DNA from: Alteromonadaceae bacterium
Lineage (GTDB): Bacteria > Pseudomonadota > Gammaproteobacteria > Enterobacterales > Alteromonadaceae
Assembly: GCA_964229075.1 (NCBI GenBank)
Contig: CAXRBI010000099.1
Coordinates: 12,457-76,456, forward strand
DNA: 64,000 bases
Direction: 5' to 3'
A program made the translations under genes and the position numbers. Each line of letters starts with the position of its first letter. Position 1 is the first letter of the stretch. The notes beneath the pieces were generated by a model. It searched no databases. It saw only the letters and a list, made by a program, of their open reading frames with translations, and was not told where the DNA came from. Of this stretch, positions 9,256 to 19,943 are shown in pieces.

Positions 9256-9933
9256 TTATCGCGCTAGCATGAGCTCTAGACGCGAACCTACTCGCTCAGC
9301 CAAGTCGGCTAAGTCGCCAATCCATTCGATCATACGATAGGTCACCATGACATCTATCGGGTTCAACTCGTCTTCCAACTTTTTAAGTGCAAGGCGAATA
9401 TTGATTTGCATAGTATCTGTGTCGTCTTCTATTGAATCCAACTCAGTAATCATCTTTTCTACAAGCTCTACCTCACGGCCTCGGAAACCGGTTTCCAATA
9501 GCTCGTCTAGTTCGTTGATGGCTTTACGTGCTTGTTCGGTAGCGTCTACGCTTCTCTCTACGTAAGATTTGAATTCAGCGTGTATGCCGTTAGGTAGTGC
9601 TAACTCACGACCGAGGAAGCGACCAGCGATGTCTTTTGCTTTGTTGGCAATTTTGTCTTGTTGGGTCACTAACTCTAGAAGATCTGTACGCTCAACCGGA
9701 AGGAACAAACCACGCGGTAAATTCATTCGAATTTCGCGCTTTAGAACGTCCGCTTGCTTTTCATGTTTCGAAATTTCTGTGCGGACTTCAGCCGCTTTGT
9801 TCCAATCTTCTGCGAACACTGCGTCAAAAAATGGAACCAACAGCTTGGCTGCTTCGTGAACTTCATTGATATGCTCTTCAATCGGCTTGATTGGAGATTT
9901 TGCAAATACGCCAAGTATTGAATTAGTGGCCAT
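9256..9933 (-). CDS. TIGR00153/DUF47 PhoU-like Pit accessory protein
   Basis: FAKSPIKP..., LFLPVERTDLL, DKIANKAKD; directly upstream of the PiT gene. Confidence 0.85.
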   Translation of the reverse strand: MATNSILGVFAKSPIKPIEEHINEVHEAAKLLVPFFDAVFAEDWNKAAEVRTEISKHEKQADVLKREIRMNLPRGLFLPVERTDLLELVTQQDKIANKAKDIAGRFLGRELALPNGIHAEFKSYVERSVDATEQARKAINELDELLETGFRGREVELVEKMITELDSIEDDTDTMQINIRLALKKLEDELNPIDVMVTYRMIEWIGDLADLAERVGSRLELMLAR

Positions 9934-10049
9934 ATTTATACCTTTGTCGTTTAAATAAAACTTAAGCTTAGCTTGTGATTGTTAAATCTATTCGGATCAC
10001 AATCGATTTAAGACAGGAATTATACCTATCTGTGAGCAAAACGGCGCGC

Positions 10050-10083
10050 ACTATATGTCTTTTTTGTTACAGAAATGTGACAA
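10050..10083 (-). promoter_or_regulatory. Pho-box promoter of the DUF47-PiT operon
   Basis: TTGTCAC-ATTT-CTGTAAC (10083-10066), 10-bp spacer, -10 TATAGT. Confidence 0.75.
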
Positions 10084-10130
10084 AGATGTCATAAATGGTC
10101 GTTATTTGAGCATAATGACCGAAAGGGAAT

Positions 10131-10157
10131 AAAAAAACCACCCAGTGGGTGGTTTTT
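10131..10157 (-). terminator. Terminator after phoU
   Basis: AAAAAAACCACCCA-G-TGGGTGGTTTTT inverted repeat. Confidence 0.75.
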
Positions 10158-10168
10158 GGAATTATTTT

Positions 10169-10876
10169 CTAGCCTAGAACTTTGTTTTCGATGTCACTCT
10201 CTGAGGTGTGTCGAACATCTTTACCTTTGACGAAGTAGATGACGTATTCAGAGATGTTTTGACAACGGTCACCGATGCGCTCTAAGGAACGAACTGACCA
10301 GAACACATCCATAACTTTTGGAATACTGCGTGGATCTTCCATCATGTAGGTCATTAATTGACGGGTAATACCTTCGTATTCTTTGTCGAGTGTTTTGTCT
10401 GCTTTGTGTACTTCAAATGCCGCGTCAACGTCCATTCGCGCAAACGAATCTAGAACCTGGTTTAACATGGCGATTGCTTTACGGCCCATGCTGTCCATTG
10501 ATACTAAAAACTCTTGTTGAGTTTTATTGAACGACTCTAAAGCAACATTGGCGATACGCTCAGCTTCATCACCGATTCGCTCAAGATCTGTAATCGTTTT
10601 GATGATAGCAAGTACCAAACGTAAGTCAGACGCTGCTGGCTGACGCTTTGCGATAATGCGAGTACAAGCTTCATCAATATCAACTTCCATTTTGTTGACA
10701 AGATAGTCGGTTTCTAACACGCGCTTAGCAAGCGCTTGGTCAGAATTGTTAACGGCATTTAAAGCGTTGGTCAGTTGCTGTTCAACCAAACCACCCATTT
10801 TTAATACGTCGTTACGAATTTGCTCAAGCTCTTCATTGAATTGACCTGAGATGTGTTTATTTAAATGCATTTCCAT
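10169..10876 (-). CDS. phoU: Phosphate signalling protein PhoU
   Basis: [27 protein letters not shown] repeats. Confidence 0.96.
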   Translation of the reverse strand: MEMHLNKHISGQFNEELEQIRNDVLKMGGLVEQQLTNALNAVNNSDQALAKRVLETDYLVNKMEVDIDEACTRIIAKRQPAASDLRLVLAIIKTITDLERIGDEAERIANVALESFNKTQQEFLVSMDSMGRKAIAMLNQVLDSFARMDVDAAFEVHKADKTLDKEYEGITRQLMTYMMEDPRSIPKVMDVFWSVRSLERIGDRCQNISEYVIYFVKGKDVRHTSESDIENKVLG

Positions 10877-10925
10877 ATTAAAACCCCTTATTTGCCGCTA
10901 ACTCTAAACTAAATTCAACTGTTGA

Positions 10926-11750
10926 TTAACCGTAACGGCCGGTGATGTAATCTTCGGTTTTCTTCATTTTTGGTGTTGTGAACAAGGTGTTTGTATCAGC
11001 GTGTTCAATCAACTGACCCATGTACATGAACGCGGTTTGATCCGATACACGTGCTGCCTGTTGCATGTTGTGGGTAACGATAACAACGGTGTACTTGTCT
11101 TTAAGTTCAGTGATCAATTCTTCAATTGTCAAGGTTGAAATCGGGTCAAGTGCTGAGGTCGGTTCGTCTAGAAGTAATACTTCTGGTTCGATTGCAATTG
11201 CACGAGCGATAACCAAACGTTGCTGCTGACCACCTGACAAGCCTAATGCAGAGTCGTGTAGACGATCTTTTACTTCGTTCCAAAGTGCGGCGTTACGCAA
11301 AGAACGCTCTACTACTTCATCTAATACGCGACGGTCGTTTTGGCCTTGTAGGCGCAAGCCGTAAACAACATTCTCGTAAATGCTCTTCGGGAATGGGTTA
11401 GGGCGCTGGAACACCATACCAACAGTACGACGAAGTGACGCGACATCTACAGACTTGTTATAGATGTTTTGATTGTGAAGTAAAATCTCACCTTCGATAC
11501 GACAGGTGTCGACTAAGTCGTTCATGCGGTTAATACAACGCAATAACGTCGACTTACCACAACCTGATGGACCGATAAACGCAGTCACTTGGCCTTTTGG
11601 AATATTCATCGAAATGTTTTCCAAAGCCTGCTTCTCGCCATAATAAAGATTTAGGTCTTTGATGCGAAGCGCAACTTGCTCTTCACGTAAGTTGTCCAAA
11701 TCAATTACTGACGACTGTTTGTTGCTCATATCTGGTGCTACTGAAATCAT
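10926..11750 (-). CDS. pstB: Phosphate ABC transporter ATPase
   Basis: [41 protein letters not shown]. Confidence 0.97.
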   Translation of the reverse strand: MISVAPDMSNKQSSVIDLDNLREEQVALRIKDLNLYYGEKQALENISMNIPKGQVTAFIGPSGCGKSTLLRCINRMNDLVDTCRIEGEILLHNQNIYNKSVDVASLRRTVGMVFQRPNPFPKSIYENVVYGLRLQGQNDRRVLDEVVERSLRNAALWNEVKDRLHDSALGLSGGQQQRLVIARAIAIEPEVLLLDEPTSALDPISTLTIEELITELKDKYTVVIVTHNMQQAARVSDQTAFMYMGQLIEHADTNTLFTTPKMKKTEDYITGRYG

Positions 11751-11807
11751 GTCACACTCTCTTACTATCTATAAATCTTAAAACTGTTTCTGTTTCTAAT
11801 CTTTCGA

Positions 11808-13457
11808 TTAGTGCTCTAGCGCTTTGTATTTTTCACGCAAATGGTTACGAATGCCGATGGCGGTAATGTTCAGTGCCACGATTACGGTAACCAATAGGAA
11901 TGACGTTGCGTAAACTAAAGGACGCGCTGCCTCTACGTTTGGACTTTGGAAACCAACATCGTAGATGTGGAAGCCTAAGTGCATAAATTTACGATCCAAA
12001 TGGACGAACGGGAAGTTGCCGTCAATTGGAAGCGTCGGTGCCATCTTAACTACACCAACCAGCATAAGTGGTGCTACTTCACCGGCTGCACGAGCAACTG
12101 CTAGGATAAGACCTGTCATGATCGCAGGGCTCGCCATCGGAATGATGATGCGCCACAGTGTTTCCGCTTTAGTCGCGCCTAGGGCTAAAGAGCCTTGACG
12201 TAGCGAGCTCGGAATACGAGACAAACCTTCTTCTGTTGAGACGATGACAACCGGTAGGGTTAAAATCGCAAGTGTTAATGCCGACCAGATAACGCCTGGA
12301 GTACCAAATGTTGGGCCAGGAAGTGCTTCAGGGTAGAACAATTGGTCAATTGAGCCACCTAACATGTAAACGAAGAAACCAAGACCAAATACACCGTAAA
12401 CAATTGAAGGTACACCCGCTAGGTTAATAACGGCAATACGGATAACCTTAGTAATCGCATTGTTACCGGCGTACTCGTGTAGGTAAATCGCCGCAACAAC
12501 ACCGAATGGTGTAACGATAACCGCCATCAACATAACCATAAATACGGTACCGAAGATTGCAGGGAATACACCACCTTCAGTGTTTGCTTCGCGTGGATCG
12601 TCAGAGATGAACTTACCAAGCTGTTTCCAGTAGCGGAAGAACTTGTCCATAAACGACATGTCGTTCGGGAATGCTACGTCTAAGATGTAGTTCATTGGCA
12701 ATGTGACAGATTCACCGCGCATGTCTTTTACGATAACTGCGTCACGTTCTGCTTGGTTACGGAAGCCAAATAGCTGCTTTTCAAATTCGCGGTATTCTGC
12801 TCTTAGTTCCGCTCGACGGTCGTTCAACTCACCAAGAGTTCTGTCGTTCAGTTTGCCTTCAAGCTCCAACTTACGCTCTTTCAGACGAAGCTTTTCAAGC
12901 TCGTAGTTAATTGCGCCGATTTCACCATTTTGCAATGACAGTGCTGCACCGTTTAAGTCAACTGCGCGTTCAATCAGTTCAAACAACAATTCTTCTTTGT
13001 TTTCTGTGATCGTAACGCCGTCTTTAACGACAGCCTCGACAAAACCGTAGAAGTTACCGTTTTTGCTGCGTTCGAAAACCGCTAAGCCCGAAGGTACGCT
13101 TTGTTTAACGATTTCCGGTGCTAGTAACCAACGAAAATCGAGCTCTACAAACTCACGGTTACCCGTTTTAACCAATAAACGTTCAACCGTTTCGCCCTGC
13201 GGGTTCTTAAACTGGATGCCAGATTCGGTTAAACGATCCGTTGGCACTTCTTCACGGTCATAGACTTCACCAATGATGGTGTAAGTTGTACCGTCTGCTT
13301 TTTCAATTTCAAATTGTTGAATGTCCGTTGGCCAGAAGAAAGATAGTCCTCGGCTCGCAATCAACAACAATAAACCAATAACTGATAACAAGCTGATGCT
13401 AACTGCACCCGCTGTCATCCACACCCAAGGGGCACCTGATTTAAACCATGATTTCAT
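11808..13457 (-). CDS. pstA: Phosphate ABC transporter permease PstA (long periplasmic-domain type)
   Basis: PREANTEGGVFPAIFGT, NLAGVPSIVYG, GSLALGATK. Confidence 0.95.
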   Translation of the reverse strand: MKSWFKSGAPWVWMTAGAVSISLLSVIGLLLLIASRGLSFFWPTDIQQFEIEKADGTTYTIIGEVYDREEVPTDRLTESGIQFKNPQGETVERLLVKTGNREFVELDFRWLLAPEIVKQSVPSGLAVFERSKNGNFYGFVEAVVKDGVTITENKEELLFELIERAVDLNGAALSLQNGEIGAINYELEKLRLKERKLELEGKLNDRTLGELNDRRAELRAEYREFEKQLFGFRNQAERDAVIVKDMRGESVTLPMNYILDVAFPNDMSFMDKFFRYWKQLGKFISDDPREANTEGGVFPAIFGTVFMVMLMAVIVTPFGVVAAIYLHEYAGNNAITKVIRIAVINLAGVPSIVYGVFGLGFFVYMLGGSIDQLFYPEALPGPTFGTPGVIWSALTLAILTLPVVIVSTEEGLSRIPSSLRQGSLALGATKAETLWRIIIPMASPAIMTGLILAVARAAGEVAPLMLVGVVKMAPTLPIDGNFPFVHLDRKFMHLGFHIYDVGFQSPNVEAARPLVYATSFLLVTVIVALNITAIGIRNHLREKYKALEH

Positions 13458-13490
13458 TTACAAATTCTCCAAAAATCTTACGGGTGCACG

Positions 13491-15737
13491 TTAAAGTGAG
13501 CTGTATTTTTCACGAAGACGTTGACGAACGAACTCCGCTAAAGTGTTAAATACAAAGGTAAAGACGAACAACACAAAGGCCGCCAAGAATAGGATGCGGT
13601 AGTGTGAACTACCCACTTCAGATTCTGGCATTTCAACCGCAATGTTCGCAGATAGAGTACGCATGCCTTGGAATATGCTCCAATCCATGATTGGTGTGTT
13701 ACCAGTCGCCATCAATACGATCATGGTTTCACCAACAGCGCGGCCAAGTCCCATCATAACTGCCGAGAAGATACCTGGACTCGCAGTTAACAATACGACC
13801 TTGGTCAATGTTTGCCACTGAGTCGCACCAAGTGCCAATGAGCCGCTTGATAAAGTTTTTGGTACGCTGAATACCGCATCTTCGGCAATTGAGAAGATGG
13901 TCGGGATTACAGCGAAGCCCATAGCGATACCAACAATAAGAGAGTTACGTTGGTCGAAGGTGATGCCAAGCTCGTTGGTAATGTACAAACGGGTATTACC
14001 ATCGAATAACCACTGTTCAACAGCAGGGCTTAAGGCAAATGCCAACCAGCCAACAAACATGACAACTGGGATCAAAATCAGTGAGTCATAGCCTGCAGGT
14101 ACGCTTTCTTTGATGCGTTTTGGAATGTTGTGCCACAACATGGCTGCAACCAAAATGGAGACAGGTAGCAAGATGAGGAACAGCACAACACCAGGTAAGT
14201 TTTCTTCAATAACCGGTGCTAACCAAAGGCCCGCTAAGAAACCTAAGATTACGGTCGGTAGTGCTTCCATGATTTCAACGGTAGGCTTAACCACCTTGCG
14301 CACGCTTGGTGCCATAAAGTAAGCAGTGTAAATAGCCGCTGCTAGTCCGATTGGAACCGCAAACAACATTGCATATGCCGCTGCTTTTAAGGTACCAAAC
14401 GAAATTGGAACTAAGCTGAATTTAGATTCAAAGTCGTCACTCGCTGACGAAGACTGCCAAATGTAGTCTGGCTCAGGGTAACCCTCATACCATACTTCTT
14501 GCCATAGACCAGACCAAGTTACTTCCGGGTGTTCGTTTTCTACTTTGAACACCGTTAAATCAGAGCCGTCTAGTGCAATCAGAGCATTAGAGCGAGGAGA
14601 GAAGTTTAAGTTACTGATTTTTTTACCAGTCAAGTTGCCTTGCCATAACTCAGCTTCAGACGTGGTATGGAACAAATTAACTTCGCCACTCGCTGTAGTA
14701 GCAGCAAATGTACGACGATAAAATTCTGGGTAGATTTTCACTACAGCGGTATCGGCTTGCTCGACTTCCATTTGGAACGAACGGGCGTTGATGAACGCTC
14801 TGCCATCTTTGCTGTTGGTTTCAAACCATTGGGCAATGTGGCCGTCAGAGTAGCCAATTACCAAAGAGTTCGCGCCAGCTAATAGCTGAGCCGCGGTCAA
14901 TTCACTGCCTGTGCGGTTAACTTTCACTGTGTACAGTAGACGAACATTTTCGCCGTCACGCGCGTTGGCAACAAATACTTCACTGTCCGTTACAATGAAA
15001 ATACGAGAAACATCAGGGGATACCAACAATTGCTTTACTTCGCCAGTGACAAAGTTCAAATCAGATTGATACGCTTCCCATGTCATTTCTTCGGTGAACA
15101 TGTCTTCTTCACCTTCTAAGCGCGCAAAGACAACCTGACCATTGTCTAATTGATACAGGATACCAACTGCACTTTCCTCAGAAGCAAAGCTAAATTGCTT
15201 AATGACTTTGCCTGGGCTTTGTAACGCTGGAGTCGCTGCTTCACCGAGCGGATAATCGAGCACCGGCGTCAATACGCGAACGTCATTAGGGAATGACACT
15301 CTGAATGATGGCTTGACTACGGTTAACTCACCGCGGTTGTTGATATAACCGTAATGGGCTTGGTGCGGCGCACTTGCCGCAAACGCGGCAATTTCACCGT
15401 CGATGCTGACTGTTTCTGAATTCAACTTCTCGCCAGCCTTATCGCCCTTAACGCGATAAAAATCGACGACGCCTGAATCAGTCAAACCAAATGCAATTTC
15501 AGTTTGCTCTTCAATACCCATTGCGGCGTATTCAGTCGTAATGTTTTCAATTTTGTTACGAACTTCAATATGGGCCGAATTAAATACTGGTTGAACGACA
15601 TACAAAAGGTAGAAAAATATAAGTAACAAAGCACACAAAACCATGACGCCACCCGCCATAACTCCGTACTTTGCCGCTTTATCCTTGAACAAACGTTTTT
15701 TCTCAGTTTTAAGAAACGTTTCTGAGGTTTGAGACAT
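13491..15737 (-). CDS. pstC: Phosphate ABC transporter permease PstC (large periplasmic domain)
   Basis: EALPTVILGF, SLALGATQWQT, GRAVGETMIVLMATGN. Confidence 0.93.
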   Translation of the reverse strand: MSQTSETFLKTEKKRLFKDKAAKYGVMAGGVMVLCALLLIFFYLLYVVQPVFNSAHIEVRNKIENITTEYAAMGIEEQTEIAFGLTDSGVVDFYRVKGDKAGEKLNSETVSIDGEIAAFAASAPHQAHYGYINNRGELTVVKPSFRVSFPNDVRVLTPVLDYPLGEAATPALQSPGKVIKQFSFASEESAVGILYQLDNGQVVFARLEGEEDMFTEEMTWEAYQSDLNFVTGEVKQLLVSPDVSRIFIVTDSEVFVANARDGENVRLLYTVKVNRTGSELTAAQLLAGANSLVIGYSDGHIAQWFETNSKDGRAFINARSFQMEVEQADTAVVKIYPEFYRRTFAATTASGEVNLFHTTSEAELWQGNLTGKKISNLNFSPRSNALIALDGSDLTVFKVENEHPEVTWSGLWQEVWYEGYPEPDYIWQSSSASDDFESKFSLVPISFGTLKAAAYAMLFAVPIGLAAAIYTAYFMAPSVRKVVKPTVEIMEALPTVILGFLAGLWLAPVIEENLPGVVLFLILLPVSILVAAMLWHNIPKRIKESVPAGYDSLILIPVVMFVGWLAFALSPAVEQWLFDGNTRLYITNELGITFDQRNSLIVGIAMGFAVIPTIFSIAEDAVFSVPKTLSSGSLALGATQWQTLTKVVLLTASPGIFSAVMMGLGRAVGETMIVLMATGNTPIMDWSIFQGMRTLSANIAVEMPESEVGSSHYRILFLAAFVLFVFTFVFNTLAEFVRQRLREKYSSL

Positions 15738-15770
15738 ACTAAATTACCTGCCCTAAATTAGTTGGCGCGC

Positions 15771-15804
15771 ATTATATTTCACTAATGTTACAGTTATGTG
15801 ACAT
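15771..15804 (-). promoter_or_regulatory. Pho-box promoter of pstCAB-phoU
   Basis: ATGTCAC-ATAA-CTGTAAC (15804-15787), 10-bp spacer, TATAAT. Confidence 0.8.
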
Positions 15805-15969
15805 GTTGTAACTTTTGAACTTCTGAAATTTTTCGCTGTCGTAAGCAAAATTAGAACATATTTTAGTCATTTAATTACGATAACGCACAAAAATCGGACA
15901 CGGGGTGGCGTAAACAATTTTTGTTGTTAATACTCAAAGCATAATAATAAGTAGTAGGAAGTGGTCATT

Positions 15970-16476
15970 ATGAAAAAACTTGTGTTAACCGTGATAGGCG
16001 AAGATAGGGTTGGCTTAGTTCAAAACTTGTCAAACGCCTTAGTTGAAAACCATGCCAATTGGTTGGCAAGTAACCTTTCGCATTTAAGTGGTTATTTCGC
16101 CGGAGTGGTTGAGGTAGAAGTGCCTGAGAATCACATCACCGAGCTTTCCGATGCATTGGCGAGTGTTCCCGGGTTAAAAATCGAATTACACGACAGTGTC
16201 GGCCATGAACCTTTGTCCGCACAAGAGATTGAGTTTGTCATCACGGGCAACGATCGCAAAGGGATCGTTCAGGAGTTATCGGAGATCATAGAACACAAAG
16301 GTGCCAGTATTGTGCACTTTACTTCGTCCAGACAGTCTGCGCCAAATTGGGGTGGAGGTTTGTTCCACGCGGTCGCAAAGGTGTCTTTGCCTGTGGGGAT
16401 GAACCCAGACACCATTGCCGAGTCACTAGAGCAATTAGCCAGTGATATCGTGGTGGATTTAGAGCAAGCCAGTTAA
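15970..16476 (+). CDS. Tandem ACT-domain protein (GcvR-like)
   Basis: Two ACT repeats: LVLTVIGEDRVGLV and FVITGNDRKGIV; start taken at ATG 15970. Confidence 0.8.
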   Translation: MKKLVLTVIGEDRVGLVQNLSNALVENHANWLASNLSHLSGYFAGVVEVEVPENHITELSDALASVPGLKIELHDSVGHEPLSAQEIEFVITGNDRKGIVQELSEIIEHKGASIVHFTSSRQSAPNWGGGLFHAVAKVSLPVGMNPDTIAESLEQLASDIVVDLEQAS

Positions 16477-16494
16477 GTTTGCTGAATTTTAGGC

Positions 16495-16526
16495 AAAAAA
16501 AAGAGCGACCTAGGTCGCTCTTTTTT
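16495..16526. terminator. Bidirectional terminator between the ACT gene and pstS
   Basis: AAAAAAAAGAGCGACC-TA-GGTCGCTCTTTTTT. Confidence 0.8.
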
Positions 16527-16536
16527 GTGGTCTAAA

Positions 16537-17502
16537 TTATAGACCTAATGCTTTGTACTGCTTCGCTACTACGCTTGCTGGTAGTGGAATGTAGCCATCT
16601 TTTTCAACGATCTTTTGACCAGACTGAGAAAGAATCATCTTAACAAACTCAGCTTCCATTGGAGAAAGAGGCTTGTTAGGGTGCTTGTTGATGTACATGT
16701 ATAGGAAACGTGATAGTGGGTACTTACCAGCTACTGCATTTTCCATAGTCGCTGCAACGTAGTTGTCGCCTTTTTTCGCTAGAGGTACTGCACGTACACC
16801 TGACGTTAGGTAACCGATACCTGAGTAACCGATACCGTTAAGAGAAGAAGAGATTGACTGTACAACTGATGCAGAACCAGGCTGCTCGTTTACGTTGTTT
16901 TTGAAGTCACCTTTACAAAGGGCTTTCTTCTTGAAGTAACCATAAGTACCAGATACTGAGTTACGACCGAATAACTGAACGTCTTTCGCAGTCCAGTTGC
17001 CTGTAAGACCTAAGTCACCCCAACGGTCAACGTCTTGCTCGCCACCACACTTACGAGTAGAAGAGAAGATCGCATCAACGTCAGAAATTTTAAGACCTTT
17101 GATTGGGTTATCTTTGTGTACGAAAACTGCTAGAGCATCGATTGCAACAGGTACAGCTGTTGGTTTGTAACCAAAACGCTTTTCGAACGCTTCAACTTCT
17201 TTTGACTTCATACGACGGCTCATAGGACCGAACTGAGAAGTACCTTCAGTTAGTGCTGGAGGAGCTGTAGAAGAACCTGCCGCTTGGATTTGAATGTTAA
17301 CATTTGGGTAAAGACGCTTAAATTCTTCCGCCCAGAAAGTCATCATGTTAGCTAGAGTGTCAGAACCTACAGAAGAAAGGTTACCAGAGATACCGCTTGT
17401 TTTTGTGTAGTTAGGGATTTCTTTATCAACCGCTACTGCTGACGTTGATACAAGAGTCGCTAAAGTAAAACCTAATGCGCCGATAAGTGCTTTTAGTTTC
17501 AT
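16537..17502 (-). CDS. pstS: Phosphate-binding protein PstS
   Basis: Signal peptide; [30 protein letters not shown]. Confidence 0.95.
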   Translation of the reverse strand: MKLKALIGALGFTLATLVSTSAVAVDKEIPNYTKTSGISGNLSSVGSDTLANMMTFWAEEFKRLYPNVNIQIQAAGSSTAPPALTEGTSQFGPMSRRMKSKEVEAFEKRFGYKPTAVPVAIDALAVFVHKDNPIKGLKISDVDAIFSSTRKCGGEQDVDRWGDLGLTGNWTAKDVQLFGRNSVSGTYGYFKKKALCKGDFKNNVNEQPGSASVVQSISSSLNGIGYSGIGYLTSGVRAVPLAKKGDNYVAATMENAVAGKYPLSRFLYMYINKHPNKPLSPMEAEFVKMILSQSGQKIVEKDGYIPLPASVVAKQYKALGL

Positions 17503-17580
17503 TTTTTTGCTCCGATTAATTTAATCTTTCTCGGTGGAGATTCCAACCGAATTAAAGTTGTGTATTTTTCAACTGTGGCC

Positions 17581-17614
17581 AGTTTAGAGAGTTAATGTGA
17601 CAAGTTTATGACAA
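17581..17614 (-). promoter_or_regulatory. Pho-box promoter of pstS
   Basis: TTGTCAT-AAAC-TTGTCAC (17614-17597), 10-bp spacer, TAAACT. Confidence 0.8.
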
Positions 17615-17773
17615 AGATTTTTTTTATCGAATTTTAATTTCTTGATGATGTTATGTTGCTGAAATTATTGGGTTATTTTAGTTCAAAAAAAAGATCAAAA
17701 AAAAATGTCACCGGCGTTTTGTAGGCCAAAATGACATTTTTTTTGTTGCGTCATGGTTTTGTAATAAATCGGA

Positions 17774-19075
17774 CTAGTGGATCTTTAAAAAGCAATTGTC
17801 TATGTCGAAACTAAAGGTACTGCCTTTGTGGACTTCGCTTGAGACTCTCAGTTTTGAGTCGTGATTGGTAAGGACGTGTTTGACAATAGATAAGCCCAAT
17901 CCCGAACCACCTGAGTCGCGGGTTCTAGCTTGATCAACCCGATAGAAACGTTCGGTGAGCCGGGCCAAATGTTCGTGAGGGATACCATCGCCTGAATCTT
18001 TGCAACTAAATCTGGCGTCGCCGTTTTCCAGTCCCGACCATGAAATATCAATTTGTCCGCCTTCGGGGGTATAACGAACGGCGTTAAAAATTAGGTTTGA
18101 GAAGGCACTTCGAAGTTGATCTTCGTTACCGACCATGTGAATTTTGTCATCGATGTTTAAACGAATGTCGTGTTTGCCGTCTGACAATGCCATAGCTTCT
18201 TGATGAATTGTCGATAACATCGAAGGCACATTCACAGGGTGATACGACGTCATCATCTGCTTATTCTCAAGCTTGGTAAGGGTAAGGAGCTGATTGACCA
18301 AAGCGTCCATACGCATGGTTTGTTCCGTCATCATTTTGTGGGCTTTTTGCCACAGCATAGGATCTGGTGAATCGCCGTCATCCAGCACTTCTAAATACCC
18401 ACGCATAACGGTCAACGGTGTTCGCAATTCGTGACTGACGTTAGCGATAAAATCTTTACGCATTTGTTCCATACGTTTGACTTGGGTGACATCTCGGGTC
18501 ACTAAGGTCCAACGGTCTTTTTCAAAGGGCGCAATACGACATTCAAGAATGATCTGATCGTCCAAAGGTGAATGAAACACAAACGGATCGTCGTATTTTT
18601 TTGAATTTAGGAAATCTAAAAAATCCGGTGCACGGAGGAAGTTGTCTAATCGATTACCGACGTCCTCCGGCATTTTGAAACCAAGCATTTTCTGTGCGAG
18701 TGAATTACACCAAACTATGGTTTTATCTTCATTAAAGACAACGGCAGCGTCAGGCAGTGACTCGGCACCCAATCTGAATCTGCGAATGAGTAAACTCAGC
18801 TCGTTACGCTTCTTTCGGTGTTTTCGCTGTTGGTGATAAATGCCGTCAAACACATCCGCCCAGGAACCCGCTGCTTTCGGCGGATAGGCGTCGCGCTTGT
18901 ACCATAACCAGTCAATGAGCTTGAATAAATGGTGATAATGCCAAACGACGACAACAAGTAGGCCGATGGCAATGGTCTCGAATAAGACGTTAAAAAAGAA
19001 GCCAAACACTAAAAAAGGTAGCAAAAACATCGCTACCTTTGTTACCACTTTACTAAAATTTGGTGGTTGTATCAT
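17774..19075 (-). CDS. phoR: Phosphate regulon sensor kinase PhoR
   Basis: GAESLPDA, NVSHELRTPLTV, LTERFYRVD, GSGLGLSIVKH. Confidence 0.96.
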   Translation of the reverse strand: MIQPPNFSKVVTKVAMFLLPFLVFGFFFNVLFETIAIGLLVVVVWHYHHLFKLIDWLWYKRDAYPPKAAGSWADVFDGIYHQQRKHRKKRNELSLLIRRFRLGAESLPDAAVVFNEDKTIVWCNSLAQKMLGFKMPEDVGNRLDNFLRAPDFLDFLNSKKYDDPFVFHSPLDDQIILECRIAPFEKDRWTLVTRDVTQVKRMEQMRKDFIANVSHELRTPLTVMRGYLEVLDDGDSPDPMLWQKAHKMMTEQTMRMDALVNQLLTLTKLENKQMMTSYHPVNVPSMLSTIHQEAMALSDGKHDIRLNIDDKIHMVGNEDQLRSAFSNLIFNAVRYTPEGGQIDISWSGLENGDARFSCKDSGDGIPHEHLARLTERFYRVDQARTRDSGGSGLGLSIVKHVLTNHDSKLRVSSEVHKGSTFSFDIDNCFLKIH

Positions 19076-19084
19076 ACACTCAAC

Positions 19085-19780
19085 TTAAACTGTTTGAGAG
19101 AAGCGGTATCCTGAACCTCGAACGGTTTGAATCATGTGATTCACTTCTCCCATCGCTTTACGCAGGCGACGGATTTGAACATCAACGGTTCTGTCTTCTA
19201 CGTAAACATTAGTACCCCAGACATGATCCAATAATTGTTCACGACTGTAAACCCTATCTGGATGAGTCATGAAAAAGTGCAGCAGTTTAAATTCAGTTGG
19301 ACCTAAATCGATGCGCTGGTTGTTTACTGTAACGCGGTGAGAAATTGGGTCAAGGACCAAGCCATTGGCCTCTACCGTTTCTTCAATTGCAGTTGGCGCA
19401 ACACGGCGCAATACTGCTTTGATACGTGCCATCAATTCTTTCGGTGAAAATGGTTTAGTCATGTAGTCGTCAGCACCGACCTCAAGGCCACGGATCTTAT
19501 CTTCTTCTTCACCGCGAGCGGTCAACATGATGATCGGGATGTTCTTGGTGTGATCTTCTTGCTTAAGAGTCTTAGCGATTTGAATACCACTGGCGCCAGG
19601 CAACATCCAGTCTAAAAGGATTAGCACAGGGTAAGGCTCTACAATGAGCTTTTGTGCTTCTTCAAATGATTTGGCTTGCAACGCTTCGTAACCGTTTTGC
19701 TCTAAAACAAAGGCTAACATTTCACGAATAGGTGCTTCGTCTTCAATAACTAAAATTCTGTTCATGTCTAGCTTTTTCAT
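19085..19780 (-). CDS. phoB: Phosphate regulon response regulator PhoB (start may be 19765)
   Basis: [38 protein letters not shown]. Confidence 0.97.
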   Translation of the reverse strand: MKKLDMNRILVIEDEAPIREMLAFVLEQNGYEALQAKSFEEAQKLIVEPYPVLILLDWMLPGASGIQIAKTLKQEDHTKNIPIIMLTARGEEEDKIRGLEVGADDYMTKPFSPKELMARIKAVLRRVAPTAIEETVEANGLVLDPISHRVTVNNQRIDLGPTEFKLLHFFMTHPDRVYSREQLLDHVWGTNVYVEDRTVDVQIRRLRKAMGEVNHMIQTVRGSGYRFSQTV

Positions 19781-19805
19781 CGTGGTCTTCTAATGGATAG
19801 TCGCT

Positions 19806-19839
19806 AGTATTCATCAATAATATGACAGAAGTGTGACAC
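19806..19839 (-). promoter_or_regulatory. Pho-box promoter of phoBR (autoregulation)
   Basis: GTGTCAC-ACTT-CTGTCAT (19839-19822), 10-bp spacer, AATACT. Confidence 0.75.
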
Positions 19840-19900
19840 ATGTTAAGTTTTGTCACATTAATTACAAGAATTTGCAATGAAACTGCAACTCGCACGCAAT

Positions 19901-19926
19901 AAAAAAGCCGCGAATGCGGCTTTTTT
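19901..19926 (-). terminator. Terminator after the porin gene
   Basis: AAAAAAGCCGC-GAAT-GCGGCTTTTTT. Confidence 0.8.
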
Positions 19927-19943
19927 AGATGATAAAAGTGTGA

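Noticed and set aside
8745-9272. Long antisense ORFs (e.g. 8745-9272, 37841-38305, 43418-43855, 61398-61835, 2990-3439)
   Set aside because: Shadow frames opposite well-supported genes, with no motifs or RBS
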